Virus record (IMG/VR): IMGVR_UViG_3300032315_001715
Location: 248,001 to 312,000 of that record
Length of the DNA stretch: 64,000 nucleotides
Strand: one strand, 5' to 3'
Part shown: in pieces, positions 1 to 10,268 of the stretch
How positions within the stretch are numbered: position 1 is the stretch's first letter
Layout of the letters: each line of letters starts with the position of its first letter
The notes under the pieces: model-generated
Databases searched by the model: none
Told to the model about the DNA's origin: nothing
What the model saw: only the letters and a program-made list of their open reading frames with translations
Program-made: the position numbers and the translations under genes

Positions 1-1
1 G

Positions 2-589
2 TCACCTCCGCCTTCGAACATCAATCTATCTATTGGACAAAAGATCATATTGAATTTTACCAATCTAACAAATTTACCGCTGTACACCGCTTGCTCCCAG
101 GGTATCTATAAGGTCTATTTGGTATGCACCCAAACCAATTCTCCAAACGTTACCATTGAATGGTTCCCAAACAGCGTGTTGACACCGAGTGCTATTTCAG
201 ATGAGTTTGAGACCACCGGTATCTTGACGAATACCGCCAGTGGAGGATTTAGCACAACGCCCATTGCTCAGAACAACAAAAAGCCTGGTGCATTTTATTT
301 TGATTTAGTAAATGGACCAAATGATGCGGTATCTGACAAGGGGCCGTTCATGGCGGAATTTATCGCCAGCACATATACAGCGGCTAAGATGATTAAAGCA
401 TCGACGATTATTGCGCTTGGATCAAGCATCAATAACAGCATGTGGTTGAATGGAATCGGTACAGGTTCCGGATCGGCACGGCTTAATACCACAACAGCGT
501 GGACCAGCCTGGGAGTGATTCGGTTCGAACCGTCTGCATCGCCGAGCAGCGTCATGACCGGTACGGTTGTGATAGAACGGCTTGCGTAA
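2..589 (+). CDS. Virion structural protein (tail/baseplate-like), 5'-truncated by window edge
   Basis: Frame is open from nt 2 to the stop at 589; S/T/G/N-rich; lies directly before tail-fibre-like genes. Confidence 0.5.
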   Translation, partial: SPPPSNINLSIGQKIILNFTNLTNLPLYTACSQGIYKVYLVCTQTNSPNVTIEWFPNSVLTPSAISDEFETTGILTNTASGGFSTTPIAQNNKKPGAFYFDLVNGPNDAVSDKGPFMAEFIASTYTAAKMIKASTIIALGSSINNSMWLNGIGTGSGSARLNTTTAWTSLGVIRFEPSASPSSVMTGTVVIERLA

Positions 590-624
590 ATGTCACAGCA
601 TCCGCACCGTTCAAACTTCATGGA

Positions 625-630
625 TAAATA
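625..630 (+). promoter_or_regulatory. T4-like late promoter core TAAATA
   Basis: ggaTAAATAactc 28 nt before the ATG at 658; motif recurs before many structural and endonuclease genes. Confidence 0.6.
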
Positions 631-657
631 ACTCAACATAGACAAGGGTAATTACGA

Positions 658-1812
658 ATGGCTACCAACATTTATAACTACGATGGAACGTTGCTCGCAA
701 CGGTCCCTGATGGTAGTATCGATACCACCAGCGCCAGCATAAAGTTTCCGGGCCGAGGCTATGTAAATTACGGTGCACCGGTCAACGAGGATCTTCTGTG
801 GATCTTACAAAACTTTGCGTCTGGATCGTCGCCGGCTAACCCAACAAACGGTCAGCTCTGGTATGATACATCGACAAAATTGATCAAGGTCTACGACTCA
901 ACAGCCTTAGCATGGGTGTCAGTTGGCGGCGTTGTCAGATCAAGCACGGCACCGATCACTGGTTCAAATGTCGGTGCGCTTTGGTACGATACAACCAAAA
1001 ATCAGTTACACGTTTGGTCCGGAACGGCCTGGTTGCTTCTAGGTCCACTGGGGGCTAGCGATAATTTGGATCCGTTGAATCCCACCAACCCAACCTACAG
1101 TAGGATTGATTCAGCAAGAATATCTGATGGTACGACAAATCATCCAATTTGGAGGATAACCATCGGAAATACCGTCTTCGCTATCATCAGCAAGGATGCA
1201 TCGTTCGTTCCTAATCCGTCAATATCTGGATTCGCGCAGCTTAATCCGGGTATCAATTTCAACACCAACGTAGCGGGTGTCGGTATCACCGGCGACACCG
1301 CACTGTTTAAGAACAATCAAAATAACCTACCTATATCAAACAATGTTTATGATATGGGTAGCTCGACCTATAGATTTGCTAACATGTATGCAACTCTGTT
1401 TGACGGGGTTGCTACGTCAGCAAGGTATGCTGACCTTGCGGAAAGATATGAAGCTGATCGAGTTTATCCATCCGGGACGGTTGTGTGTCTAGGCGGGGCA
1501 AAGGAGATTACTGCATCTAATCAACCGGGTGATGATTCGGTGTTTGGGGTCATTTCGACATCACCCGCACACTTGATGAATTCGGGTGCCGGGGACGATG
1601 ACACACATCCAGCCGTTGCATTAACCGGACGTGTACCATGTAAGGTCGTTGGCCAGGTTAAGAAACATCAGCGATTGATGGCTAGCTCCATGGAAGGTGT
1701 TGCATGTGCGTGGGATCCGGCGTTTGGAATCCTTGCGATAATTGGCAGAACCCTTGTCGAAAAAACGACACACGGAGTTGATTTAATAGAGATCGTTGTA
1801 GGCAAGAACTAA
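658..1812 (+). CDS. Tail fibre/baseplate wedge-type structural protein
   Basis: N-terminal DGTLLATVPDGSIDT..GRGYVNYG..ENF-like module, two GQLWYD/GALWYD repeats, C-terminal ARYADLAERYEAD..GTVV module typical of jumbo-phage tail proteins. Confidence 0.7.
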   Translation: MATNIYNYDGTLLATVPDGSIDTTSASIKFPGRGYVNYGAPVNEDLLWILQNFASGSSPANPTNGQLWYDTSTKLIKVYDSTALAWVSVGGVVRSSTAPITGSNVGALWYDTTKNQLHVWSGTAWLLLGPLGASDNLDPLNPTNPTYSRIDSARISDGTTNHPIWRITIGNTVFAIISKDASFVPNPSISGFAQLNPGINFNTNVAGVGITGDTALFKNNQNNLPISNNVYDMGSSTYRFANMYATLFDGVATSARYADLAERYEADRVYPSGTVVCLGGAKEITASNQPGDDSVFGVISTSPAHLMNSGAGDDDTHPAVALTGRVPCKVVGQVKKHQRLMASSMEGVACAWDPAFGILAIIGRTLVEKTTHGVDLIEIVVGKN

Positions 1813-1813
1813 C

Positions 1814-2770
1814 ATGACTTATAGCCCCGGGCAACTGATATTAGCGGACGATTTCACGGCATTTAGGGGATCGATAGCTCCGAGCTCTCCGTATCCAAGC
1901 CTAGTGAACGCTGCAAATAAGGTAGCTGCCCTGGTAGGTGTCGGATATGGTAACCGCGGTTACGGCCAGATCTCAACACCGCTAACCGGGGTTTCAGTTG
2001 GCGATGTTGTGACAGCAAACACATGGAACTCGTTGTTTTCGGCCATGGGTTTGATTAATACTCACACCGGTAGTGCGCTGACATTGCCGGCATCTGTACT
2101 GGCTGGTAATGCGATACAAGCACTGAATGGCTCATTCAGTCGGCCTGATCTCTCAACGTTGATAACTACGCTTGATTCCAATCGAGCCCTTTATGCAATC
2201 GGACAGATGGCCCTGACCTCGCAACTAAGCAGCGCTCGCACCTCATCTTGGACAACACAAGTTACGCACGAATTTACCGTGACATTTCCAACCGAGAATG
2301 ATGCACGGTATTTTTTCAATACAGGTGGGCAGATCTACGCGGCCGCAAGCAGGACCGGCGGTACCAGCAGCGCGATTAACAACGCGATGACGGTGATGCT
2401 ATCCAACATGGGGACCATCAAGGTTGGATCAAATGCAACAACATACACCGGAACCGGGGGTACCGTTTATCCGATAGGGTATTACGGATTAACCGGAAGT
2501 TATCAAACTCTGTTTGTGCATACCGGCGGTAGCTATTCGTATTCATATGGATACAGCAACATAAGCTACACTCTTAAGGCTCGGGCAGAAAACGTGCTGG
2601 GCGTAAATGGTGGTAACGGTTCTCGTATTAGATTCCAAGCGGTGTTTGCTACGGGCGTGTCTTACTCGTACACGCTGGATGGAACGCTAACTAGCTCAAT
2701 TTCCCAGCTAAAAGCCGGCGGTGTTCTAACCGTGGCATCTCCAATTTACGCAACAACCACCCCACTTTAA
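1814..2770 (+). CDS. Tail-associated structural protein
   Basis: G/S/T-rich, GYGNRGYGQ and ARYFFNTGGQI motifs, in the tail gene run. Confidence 0.6.
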   Translation: MTYSPGQLILADDFTAFRGSIAPSSPYPSLVNAANKVAALVGVGYGNRGYGQISTPLTGVSVGDVVTANTWNSLFSAMGLINTHTGSALTLPASVLAGNAIQALNGSFSRPDLSTLITTLDSNRALYAIGQMALTSQLSSARTSSWTTQVTHEFTVTFPTENDARYFFNTGGQIYAAASRTGGTSSAINNAMTVMLSNMGTIKVGSNATTYTGTGGTVYPIGYYGLTGSYQTLFVHTGGSYSYSYGYSNISYTLKARAENVLGVNGGNGSRIRFQAVFATGVSYSYTLDGTLTSSISQLKAGGVLTVASPIYATTTPL

Positions 2771-2817
2771 TTGCGTCATCGCACCGATTGCGATAATAAT
2801 ATGGAAGGAGATCTGTC

Positions 2818-3183
2818 ATGGACGAACGAATTCAAAAAGCACTAGAGTTTTCAAATTATCGCTTGAGCTTATTCAATCTCAAGGAAAATATCAAGCTCAA
2901 GGTTGATAGCATGCTTGGATATGCTATCAATGGAGGATTGTTTAAATCTTCTCCGGCGCTGATCAGCTTTGTAAAATTGATCATTGATTCTGGCCGATCG
3001 TCGGCGGTTTTTATTGATATCAACGGTAATCCAATTGAGATTGCGGAGTTGCAACAGTTCTATGAGAATCTCATGGATCGGTATTTCCAAGCAAACAATT
3101 ATTATCACGTTGAATACACAAAATTGAAAGCAGCTAGAAGCGTTGCGGATCAGTTCAAGGAAATATTTTCAGAGGATAGCTAA
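2818..3183 (+). CDS. Hypothetical protein
   Basis: 121 aa ORF with GGAG Shine-Dalgarno, abuts the next gene. Confidence 0.7.
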   Translation: MDERIQKALEFSNYRLSLFNLKENIKLKVDSMLGYAINGGLFKSSPALISFVKLIIDSGRSSAVFIDINGNPIEIAELQQFYENLMDRYFQANNYYHVEYTKLKAARSVADQFKEIFSEDS

Positions 3184-4062
3184 ATGACCCAGGGATACTT
3201 GCTCCATGCTTACAATAACATGGAAATTGACTATGGATCCATGGCATTATGCTCAGCACTTTTGATCAAGAAAAATCTAAAGATAAATCAAACGGCTATC
3301 GTAACCAGCAACGATACCCTGGATTGGCTGAATAATCAGCACAGTGGAGAGTTGATCAATTCAGCGTTTGATCACATCATCATAACCGATAAGGACTACG
3401 ATGCTGCTAGTCGTACCTTTCGAGATACTAGGTACTCCAGCAAAGTACAACCGTATTTCAATACCAATCGAGTTGATAGTTTTCAATTAAGCCCGTTTGA
3501 TGAGACGATACTAATCGACGCCGATTACTTGGTCCTGGACAATTCACTGGATTCAACATGGGGGTCGGTCGAGGAGCTGATGGTCAATAAATCGGTTCGA
3601 GATCTAAGACACACCGTTAATTCGGCCGGATTTGATGCTAGATTTAACGAAATGAGCATACCTCTTTACTGGGCCACGGTGGTTTATTTTAAAAAGACCG
3701 ACAGGGCTAAGACGATGTTTGATTTAATGAGATTTGTAAAAGAAAATTACAGCTATTACAGAAATCTCTATCAGTTTTCCCCAAGCGGATATTTTCGCAA
3801 TGACTATGCATTGAGCATCGCACTGCACATGATGAATGGGCAATTGGAAAATCAAACGGTAATTAGCTTGCCAGAACCTGACATGTTGGTTGCAACCGAG
3901 CTTGACGACATGGTTGAATTTAAGGATAATCAGGCGATCTTTCTAAGCGAGTTCGAGCAAGGACAACACCAAATGCACAAGGTAATGTCGAATGTTCATG
4001 TGATGAACAAATGGAGCATTTTGCGCATGGCATCGAGGATAATTTCTTATGCGACCAATTAA
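3184..4062 (+). CDS. GT-A fold glycosyltransferase-like protein
   Basis: SPFDETILIDADYL (DxD), RNDYALSIA, HVMNK; paralogue of the next ORF. Confidence 0.55.
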   Translation: MTQGYLLHAYNNMEIDYGSMALCSALLIKKNLKINQTAIVTSNDTLDWLNNQHSGELINSAFDHIIITDKDYDAASRTFRDTRYSSKVQPYFNTNRVDSFQLSPFDETILIDADYLVLDNSLDSTWGSVEELMVNKSVRDLRHTVNSAGFDARFNEMSIPLYWATVVYFKKTDRAKTMFDLMRFVKENYSYYRNLYQFSPSGYFRNDYALSIALHMMNGQLENQTVISLPEPDMLVATELDDMVEFKDNQAIFLSEFEQGQHQMHKVMSNVHVMNKWSILRMASRIISYATN

Positions 4063-4930
4063 TGCGAGAAAGCAGGGATTTTTTACCATTGCACAAAATA
4101 ACAGCAAGGTTGACTATGTTAGGCTTGCATACGGTCTTGCCTTAAGCCTTAAGCACAGCCAGCGAGAGGTACCCTACCTAACCGTGGCAATAACTCCTGG
4201 CACCGAGGTCGATGAGAAATATGCATGGGCGTTTGATAACATTGTGGAGATACCCTGGGGAGATCAGGCTGCTGCAAGCGAGTGGAAGCTGGAGAATGAA
4301 TGGAAATCCATATGGATGAGCCCATACGACGAAACCATTAAGGTCGAAAGCGACATGCTGTTCTTTACGGATATTAGCGAGTGGTGGTCAGCTCTTGCGA
4401 ATCAACCCAGGGATGTCGTATGGACCAATGTGGTGAAAGATTGGAAAGGTCTAAACATAACCAGCGACTACTATCGAAAGCTTTTTACCAAGGATAAGCT
4501 TCCAAACATCTATACAGGGTTGGGATATTTTCGCAAGACCGATGCAGCATATGAGGTGTTCGATCTTGCTAAGATTATAAGCTGGAACTGGGAAACGTTT
4601 TTTGATCAATTTTTCCATGCTAGCTATCGCCCAACAAATCCCAGCACCGATGTGATATTTGCCCTGGCGATGAAATTAACGGACATCGATCAAAATGATT
4701 ATACACCCCATATGGTACCTACATTCACGCACATGAAAAGCCAGTTGCAAGGTTGGAACAATCATTCGATATCCGAGGATTGGCAGCAATATCTTCGAAC
4801 GTTTTTTACACCAAATGCTGAATGCAAAATTGGTAATCATCGGCAGGTATATCCACTGCACTATCATATCAAGGAATGGTTAACTGATGACATGATACAT
4901 GTATATGAAAGGCTAGTCGGCCGTGGATAA
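4049..4930 (+). CDS. GT-A fold glycosyltransferase-like protein (degenerate DxD)
   Basis: SPYDETIKVESDMLF, STDVIFALA, FTHMK, LHYHIK; aligns by eye with 3184..4062. Confidence 0.5.
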   Translation: MRPINARKQGFFTIAQNNSKVDYVRLAYGLALSLKHSQREVPYLTVAITPGTEVDEKYAWAFDNIVEIPWGDQAAASEWKLENEWKSIWMSPYDETIKVESDMLFFTDISEWWSALANQPRDVVWTNVVKDWKGLNITSDYYRKLFTKDKLPNIYTGLGYFRKTDAAYEVFDLAKIISWNWETFFDQFFHASYRPTNPSTDVIFALAMKLTDIDQNDYTPHMVPTFTHMKSQLQGWNNHSISEDWQQYLRTFFTPNAECKIGNHRQVYPLHYHIKEWLTDDMIHVYERLVGRG

Positions 4931-5387
4931 TGCGTGGGCATGTTTCAATCCAGAGACCGGCGACCTTACCGGTATATTCTGGGAAAAACCAACTGGCATT
5001 GTTTCTGCGGAAATACCCAGATCACTAGCCGAATCCTTTATGTCCGGTGATTTACGAATGGTCGGATTTACGGTCATTGAGGACAACGGTGTATATTGTC
5101 TGCGACCGTTAAATGAGGAACCTGTATTACCTGAATTTTGGAATCTACGCGAAGCCGAGATAATTCCGGATAACGCAGAGATCGTCGTATCCAATGATAC
5201 AATTGTGGTCCGAATGGAAAATCTACCTAGCGTTGCGAATCTGTTTGCAACGCTAAAAAATGCCCCATCATGGTTGATAAAAACATGGAATCTCCGAGAA
5301 TTTGAAGTGTTAGACGGGCATGTTACCATTAACTGGCCAAATGCTGATCAACATAGCTTTTACATGAGCAACGCCAATGAAGAATAA
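4923..5387 (+). CDS. Hypothetical protein
   Basis: 154 aa ORF overlapping both neighbours (coupled operon). Confidence 0.65.
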   Translation: MDNAWACFNPETGDLTGIFWEKPTGIVSAEIPRSLAESFMSGDLRMVGFTVIEDNGVYCLRPLNEEPVLPEFWNLREAEIIPDNAEIVVSNDTIVVRMENLPSVANLFATLKNAPSWLIKTWNLREFEVLDGHVTINWPNADQHSFYMSNANEE

Positions 5388-6291
5388 AATATCAGATTTT
5401 GATTTTGTATTTCTCAGCTTTGATGAACCGAACGCTGAACAACTATATGCCGATTTTCTCGACATGGTTCCATGGTGCAAACGGGTACATGGTGTAAAAG
5501 GATTTGATGCTGCTCATCGAAAATGCGCCGACACCGCTGATACTGATTTCTTCATAACCGTTGATGGTGATAATCTCGTTTATCCAGAGTTCCTAGACAT
5601 GGAAATTGATATCCATGATGATCAACACGATCACGCATGGACATGGTCTGGACGTAATCATGTCAACGGCTTGGTGTACGGCAACGGCGGATTAAAGCTA
5701 TGGAGCAAGAAATTCGTCTACAACATGCAAAGCCACGAAAACGCAAACGATTCGGCTAAATCAGTTGATTTTTGTTGGGATACCAAATATCACGATCTGT
5801 TTGGATGTTACAGCACTAGCATGATCAATGCCACTCCATATCAAGCATGGCGCAGCGGATTTCGAGAAGGTGTTAAGATGTGCCTTGATCAAGGCAACCG
5901 TGTTAGACCGCACGAGTTTAATGATCGAGTTTGGTTTGGCAACATAACTCGGCTTTGCATATGGGCCAGCATAGGCCAAGACGTGGAAAACGGGATATGG
6001 GCAATATATGGAGCTAGGATGGGCTGCCATCTAGCAGTGCTAACTGACAACGACCATGGGGTTATCAGCGATTATACGGGAATGGAGCGCATATGGAACG
6101 AGGTTTCCAATAAGGATCCCTATCAAGAATGTGCAAATCTAGGCGAACAACTCAGGATCAAGCTCGGACTGGATATATCGCTATTGTCTCCGGATGACTC
6201 TAGATTTTTTAAACGAGTGTACATGAATCTACCAAGACCCGTGATTCCACCGGAAAAGATCGCGCATTTCATGGCGTACAGGTATGTATGA
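5377..6291 (+). CDS. GT2-like glycosyltransferase
   Basis: FLSFDEPNAE, RVHGVKGFDAAH, FITVDGDN (DxD), YGNGGLKLW, AWRSGFREGVK. Confidence 0.55.
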   Translation: MKNKISDFDFVFLSFDEPNAEQLYADFLDMVPWCKRVHGVKGFDAAHRKCADTADTDFFITVDGDNLVYPEFLDMEIDIHDDQHDHAWTWSGRNHVNGLVYGNGGLKLWSKKFVYNMQSHENANDSAKSVDFCWDTKYHDLFGCYSTSMINATPYQAWRSGFREGVKMCLDQGNRVRPHEFNDRVWFGNITRLCIWASIGQDVENGIWAIYGARMGCHLAVLTDNDHGVISDYTGMERIWNEVSNKDPYQECANLGEQLRIKLGLDISLLSPDDSRFFKRVYMNLPRPVIPPEKIAHFMAYRYV

Positions 6292-6967
6292 TCTGTTTTT
6301 CGTAACGTATGAAGAACCGAATGCCAATTTAAATTGGGCAAAAATCAAAGACAGGTTCCCACATGCTAAGAGAGTACACGGAATCAAGGGAATCAATGAG
6401 GCACACAAACATTGTGCAACGAATTCTTTTACCAGCATGTTTTGGACGGTTGACGGCGATACCATCGTCGACGATTCCTGGGATTTCTCATATCTCCCGC
6501 CCGAATGGGATAGGACCTATCTACACTTATGGTATAGTCGCAATCCTGTTAACGGGTTAAGCTATGGATACGGATCGGTTAAGCTTTGGCCTAAGCAACA
6601 GGTATTAAAGCATGTTGGGCCTTGGTTAGACTTTACCACCAGCGTGGGTAACATCAAGATTGTGGAGCAAACCATTGCCACCACGATGTTTAACACATCC
6701 CCGTTTGAATCATGGAAAAGTGCGTTTAGGGAATGTGTGAAGTTAGATAAAAATCTCAAAAATAATCCAGCCGACGCTGAGTCATTAGCTAGATTAACCG
6801 CATGGCAATATACCGTTAGTGGTGCAGACTTTTCAAAATGGTGTAATTTTGGCGCCTTTGATGCATTATTGTGGGGTACCCAGCCTACTAGCCATCTTGC
6901 TATGATCAATGATTTTGGTTGGTTGAAGCACAAATTTTCGAGCTTATATCCTTGGTCCAGGATATAA
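6284..6967 (+). CDS. GT2-like glycosyltransferase (paralogue of previous ORF)
   Basis: FVTYEEPNA, RVHGIKGINEAH, WTVDGDT, YGYGSVKLW, WKSAFRECVK. Confidence 0.55.
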   Translation: MYDLFFVTYEEPNANLNWAKIKDRFPHAKRVHGIKGINEAHKHCATNSFTSMFWTVDGDTIVDDSWDFSYLPPEWDRTYLHLWYSRNPVNGLSYGYGSVKLWPKQQVLKHVGPWLDFTTSVGNIKIVEQTIATTMFNTSPFESWKSAFRECVKLDKNLKNNPADAESLARLTAWQYTVSGADFSKWCNFGAFDALLWGTQPTSHLAMINDFGWLKHKFSSLYPWSRI

Positions 6968-7077
6968 GCTCTTATTATTGTTTGATGTTTTATGATCAAA
7001 TACTCAACGATTTCTAGCGCCATGTCCTGATATTGAGATGGTAAATATCACAGTAAAAATTGAAGAGGTGGGCATTG

Positions 7078-7434
7078 ATGTCTAGATCTAGGACCAACCA
7101 AGATGCTTGGGATCAGATTTTTGATGATCTCATACTTGAAAATGAACCGCCGGTTCGATACATCAAGGATGCTTTGATCATCACAAAAAACGGCGCCCGT
7201 TTCAGGGTGTCTCCAGATGATTTTATCGATATTGTCGCTAGAGAAAAACATTTAGATCCCGACCAAAGTGACATACAGAGCTGCTCACTTAGCATTGATT
7301 TTGCAAGGATCAAGCGAGACGTTAACAGATGGACAAACAAGTTCATCGACGTTATCGAGGAAGAAGCGGCCAGAATGGTGGTCGAAGAAGCAGCAAAAAA
7401 GAAAACCCGACCCTCTCGAAAGAAGGTTGACTGA
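7078..7434 (+). CDS. Hypothetical protein
   Basis: ORF preceded by TAAATA (7042-7047) and GAGGTG Shine-Dalgarno; basic C-terminus. Confidence 0.65.
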   Translation: MSRSRTNQDAWDQIFDDLILENEPPVRYIKDALIITKNGARFRVSPDDFIDIVAREKHLDPDQSDIQSCSLSIDFARIKRDVNRWTNKFIDVIEEEAARMVVEEAAKKKTRPSRKKVD

Positions 7435-7483
7435 ATCCTAGCGACACTGGCATCATTGCGAATAAGCTTTAAAGGATGCTAGC

Positions 7484-8413
7484 ATGACTCTTAGATCTCA
7501 GGTCAAACACGACCCATATTATCTCCCACTACTTGATCACGGTTTCGTGGGACTCAAGGATGTGATGGGAAACGACAATGCCATCGTCGAGGCTGCACGG
7601 ACTAGCTATGGTGATGGTACCAAGAGTGTCAATGAGGATCGAGGATTGATCCGATATCTCATGCGGCATCAGCACAGCACTCCGTTTGAAATGGTGGTAT
7701 TCAAGTTCCATCTCAAGATGCCCATTTTCGTCATGCGGCAGCATGTAAGGCATCGCATGGCTAGCATCAATGAATACAGTGGGCGCTACTCGGTGATGAC
7801 CGACGAATTCTACATTCCAGAACCTGCTCGCCTGCAGTCACAAAGCTCCATCAACAAGCAAGGCAGTGGCGATCAACTTGAAGGTGATGAGATGGAAATG
7901 GCCCACAATACCATCCAGCGCATCAGCTCTGAGAACTACATGGATTATCTCAGCCTCATCAATGAGGAAGGTGGTCGAGATTACGACATCGAAAATCGGC
8001 AAGGCCTTGCCAGAGAGCTTGCACGTATGGTGTTGCCGGTGAACAACTACACCGAACTTTATTGGAAGATCGATCTCAAGAACCTGTTCCACTACATCAA
8101 GCTGCGTGCAGACCATCATGCGCAGAAGGAAATACAGGATCTGGCCAATGCTATCGGACATTTTGTCAAGCAGCGTTGTCCAGTTGCCTGGGAAGCGTTT
8201 GAGGATTACTGGCAGCATGCTATTACGGTTAGTCGACTGGAGAAGAATCTGCTTGCTGACACCATTGAATGCAGCAACCAAATTAAACTGCCGTTTGCCG
8301 AAGCATACGACTGGTTAACTAAGCAGGCCGGAGACAAGAAAGCACTGTGGACCAAGTATGGCATGAACAAACGAGAGCTTGGCGAATTTGAAGCTACTTG
8401 GAGATTGATATGA
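7484..8413 (+). CDS. thyX: FAD-dependent thymidylate synthase
   Basis: RHRMASINEYSGRY (RHRxxSxxxxSxR), HSTPFE, ARMVLP, HAQKEI. Confidence 0.95.
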   Translation: MTLRSQVKHDPYYLPLLDHGFVGLKDVMGNDNAIVEAARTSYGDGTKSVNEDRGLIRYLMRHQHSTPFEMVVFKFHLKMPIFVMRQHVRHRMASINEYSGRYSVMTDEFYIPEPARLQSQSSINKQGSGDQLEGDEMEMAHNTIQRISSENYMDYLSLINEEGGRDYDIENRQGLARELARMVLPVNNYTELYWKIDLKNLFHYIKLRADHHAQKEIQDLANAIGHFVKQRCPVAWEAFEDYWQHAITVSRLEKNLLADTIECSNQIKLPFAEAYDWLTKQAGDKKALWTKYGMNKRELGEFEATWRLI

Positions 8414-8862
8414 ACAAGAAAATACTAATCATGGGCCTGCCAGGCAGTGGTAAAACCACGCTGGCACGCCACCTGGCAATGAAACTCAACGCTGTACACT
8501 TCAACGCAGACGAGGTGCGCAGCAACATCAACAAGGATCTAGGATTTTCTATAGCTGATCGCATAGAACATGCGCGCCGCATGGGCTGGCTGTGTGATCA
8601 GGTGGTTAAAGCCAACCAGTGGGCAATAGCAGACTTTGTTTGTCCCACGGCGGACACGCGAACTGCATTCGGACCGGCATATGTTATTTGGATGAATACC
8701 ATCAAGGAAGGTCGGTTCGATGATACCAACAAGTTGTTTGAACGCCCTGCGTCCGAATGGTATAATCTTGTGATATTAGATCTTGATGCTGAAAATCATG
8801 CCGAGTACATCTACAATCAGCTGCAACGTGAACTGTTGCCAAACATCTTTGAGGTAAATTGA
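8410..8862 (+). CDS. Adenylylsulfate-kinase (CysC)-like P-loop kinase
   Basis: GLPGSGKTT, NADEVR..INKDLGFSIADRIEHARR, ADFVCPT. Confidence 0.7.
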   Translation: MNKKILIMGLPGSGKTTLARHLAMKLNAVHFNADEVRSNINKDLGFSIADRIEHARRMGWLCDQVVKANQWAIADFVCPTADTRTAFGPAYVIWMNTIKEGRFDDTNKLFERPASEWYNLVILDLDAENHAEYIYNQLQRELLPNIFEVN

Positions 8863-8863
8863 C

Positions 8864-9220
8864 ATGCACAACTGGGACAACAAGGCACCGACATCACTCA
8901 TGTTGGGAAGATATCAGCCATTCCATGACGGTCACCTGGCCCTGTTCAAGGCCGCACTTGATCGAACCGATCAAGTGTTGATTGCTGTCAGGGATACGGC
9001 AGGAACTGACGAAAAGAATCCGTTTGATTTTGAGTTTGTCAAAGCCCGGATCGAAGAAAAACTGATCGGATATGAAGGGCGCTATGCGATCATGTTGGTG
9101 CCAAACATTACCAATATCGTGTATGGCAGGGATGTTGGATATTTGATCGAAAAAGTTGACCTTGGAGAACAGATAGAATCCATTTCGGCAACCAAAGTAA
9201 GAAAAGAAATGGGCCTTTAA
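8864..9220 (+). CDS. HxGH nucleotidyltransferase (cytidylyltransferase-like)
   Basis: GRYQPFHDGH, NPF, ISATKVR. Confidence 0.75.
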   Translation: MHNWDNKAPTSLMLGRYQPFHDGHLALFKAALDRTDQVLIAVRDTAGTDEKNPFDFEFVKARIEEKLIGYEGRYAIMLVPNITNIVYGRDVGYLIEKVDLGEQIESISATKVRKEMGL

Positions 9221-9235
9221 AGGCCCATTTCTTTT
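9202..9235. terminator. Perfect 34-bp palindrome at the convergence of + and - gene blocks; probable bidirectional terminator
   Basis: AAAAGAAATGGGCCTTT|AAAGGCCCATTTCTTTT. Confidence 0.8.
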
Positions 9236-9495
9236 ATGATCATCGCCGGCTTTGGTCGATCTAGGTGTTCTACGGCAGCAATAATTACGGCTGCCGCTTT
9301 TATCAATGATTCTCGCTGCTCAGCGCGATCACTTTTGGTATGCTTACGATCTGCGCTGCGAGTTAGATATTGAGCGGCGATGGCGATCCAATCATTCATT
9401 GAGTGTAGTTGATCAAATTCGCTACCAGGAAGATTAAATTGACGATCTCGTTCTCCTGATATCTCGTCAAGTATCGTTTCCCTGGTATCGGTCAT
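9217..9495 (-). CDS. MazG-like all-alpha NTP pyrophosphohydrolase-type protein
   Basis: EISGERDRQ..DWIAI..RESLIKAAAVIIAAVE pattern; start reassigned to MTDTRE. Confidence 0.5.
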   Translation of the reverse strand: MTDTRETILDEISGERDRQFNLPGSEFDQLHSMNDWIAIAAQYLTRSADRKHTKSDRAEQRESLIKAAAVIIAAVEHLDRPKPAMIIKEMGL

Positions 9496-9496
9496 T

Positions 9497-10264
9497 TTAA
9501 CCAGAGACCTTCTTAGCCGCTGGCTTCTTAGCTGCTGCAGGCTTTGATGAAGATGGTTTCTTTGATTCGATGATCTTTTTTGGTTTAGAATCGATGGATA
9601 AAGATACGGGATAATCATCTACAATTTCTGTTGGTTGATACGATGCTTCTAGCTTAGGTGCCTTGACCTTGGGGGCTAGATTTGGATCAATCCGATACGC
9701 CTTCAGTCGCATGTTATGCGCGTCGGCTTCCATGAGTTCAGCCTGCCGAACGAGGCTAACAGCCTGTTCCTTGGCATTGGCACTGGCTTCTCCCTGCATG
9801 TTGTTAGCATGCACATTAAATCTCTGTAGATCGGCCGCAACTGCTGCACGTGTCTCTGGATCAAGCTCGTCAAAACCAGTCGGTTCGTCGGCCGTTGTTA
9901 TGTCCATGGCCTTGAGAACTTCGACCAACGGCCAGCGAACACCGCGTCGCGGTGTCATGATTACTAGATTTACAGGAACCTTTTCGAGTCGATCGGCCGA
10001 ATGAAATTTTTGTAGAAGCGTCATGTTTGATCCGTCTGGGCACGGCCGACGTCCCAAGACGTCTGCTAGGTTCTTGCTTTGCTGCCCTTCGACGCTTTCC
10101 ACCACCTTTCGAACGGCTTCGTTGTATTGGTCTGGCAGCGCATCGGTGTCTATGACCAATGCATGATTTGGATCCCCGGGAAGCCGCATGAACACGACCA
10201 CGACATTTTTACCCGTGTTATTAAGCACGCCAACGTGCTTGACCATTCCTTGAAAATCGCTCAT
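9497..10264 (-). CDS. Conserved phage hypothetical protein with Lys/Ala-rich tail
   Basis: Long ORF starting MSDFQG; C-terminal KPAAAKKPAAKK. Confidence 0.7.
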   Translation of the reverse strand: MSDFQGMVKHVGVLNNTGKNVVVVFMRLPGDPNHALVIDTDALPDQYNEAVRKVVESVEGQQSKNLADVLGRRPCPDGSNMTLLQKFHSADRLEKVPVNLVIMTPRRGVRWPLVEVLKAMDITTADEPTGFDELDPETRAAVAADLQRFNVHANNMQGEASANAKEQAVSLVRQAELMEADAHNMRLKAYRIDPNLAPKVKAPKLEASYQPTEIVDDYPVSLSIDSKPKKIIESKKPSSSKPAAAKKPAAKKVSG

Positions 10265-10268
10265 GGTA

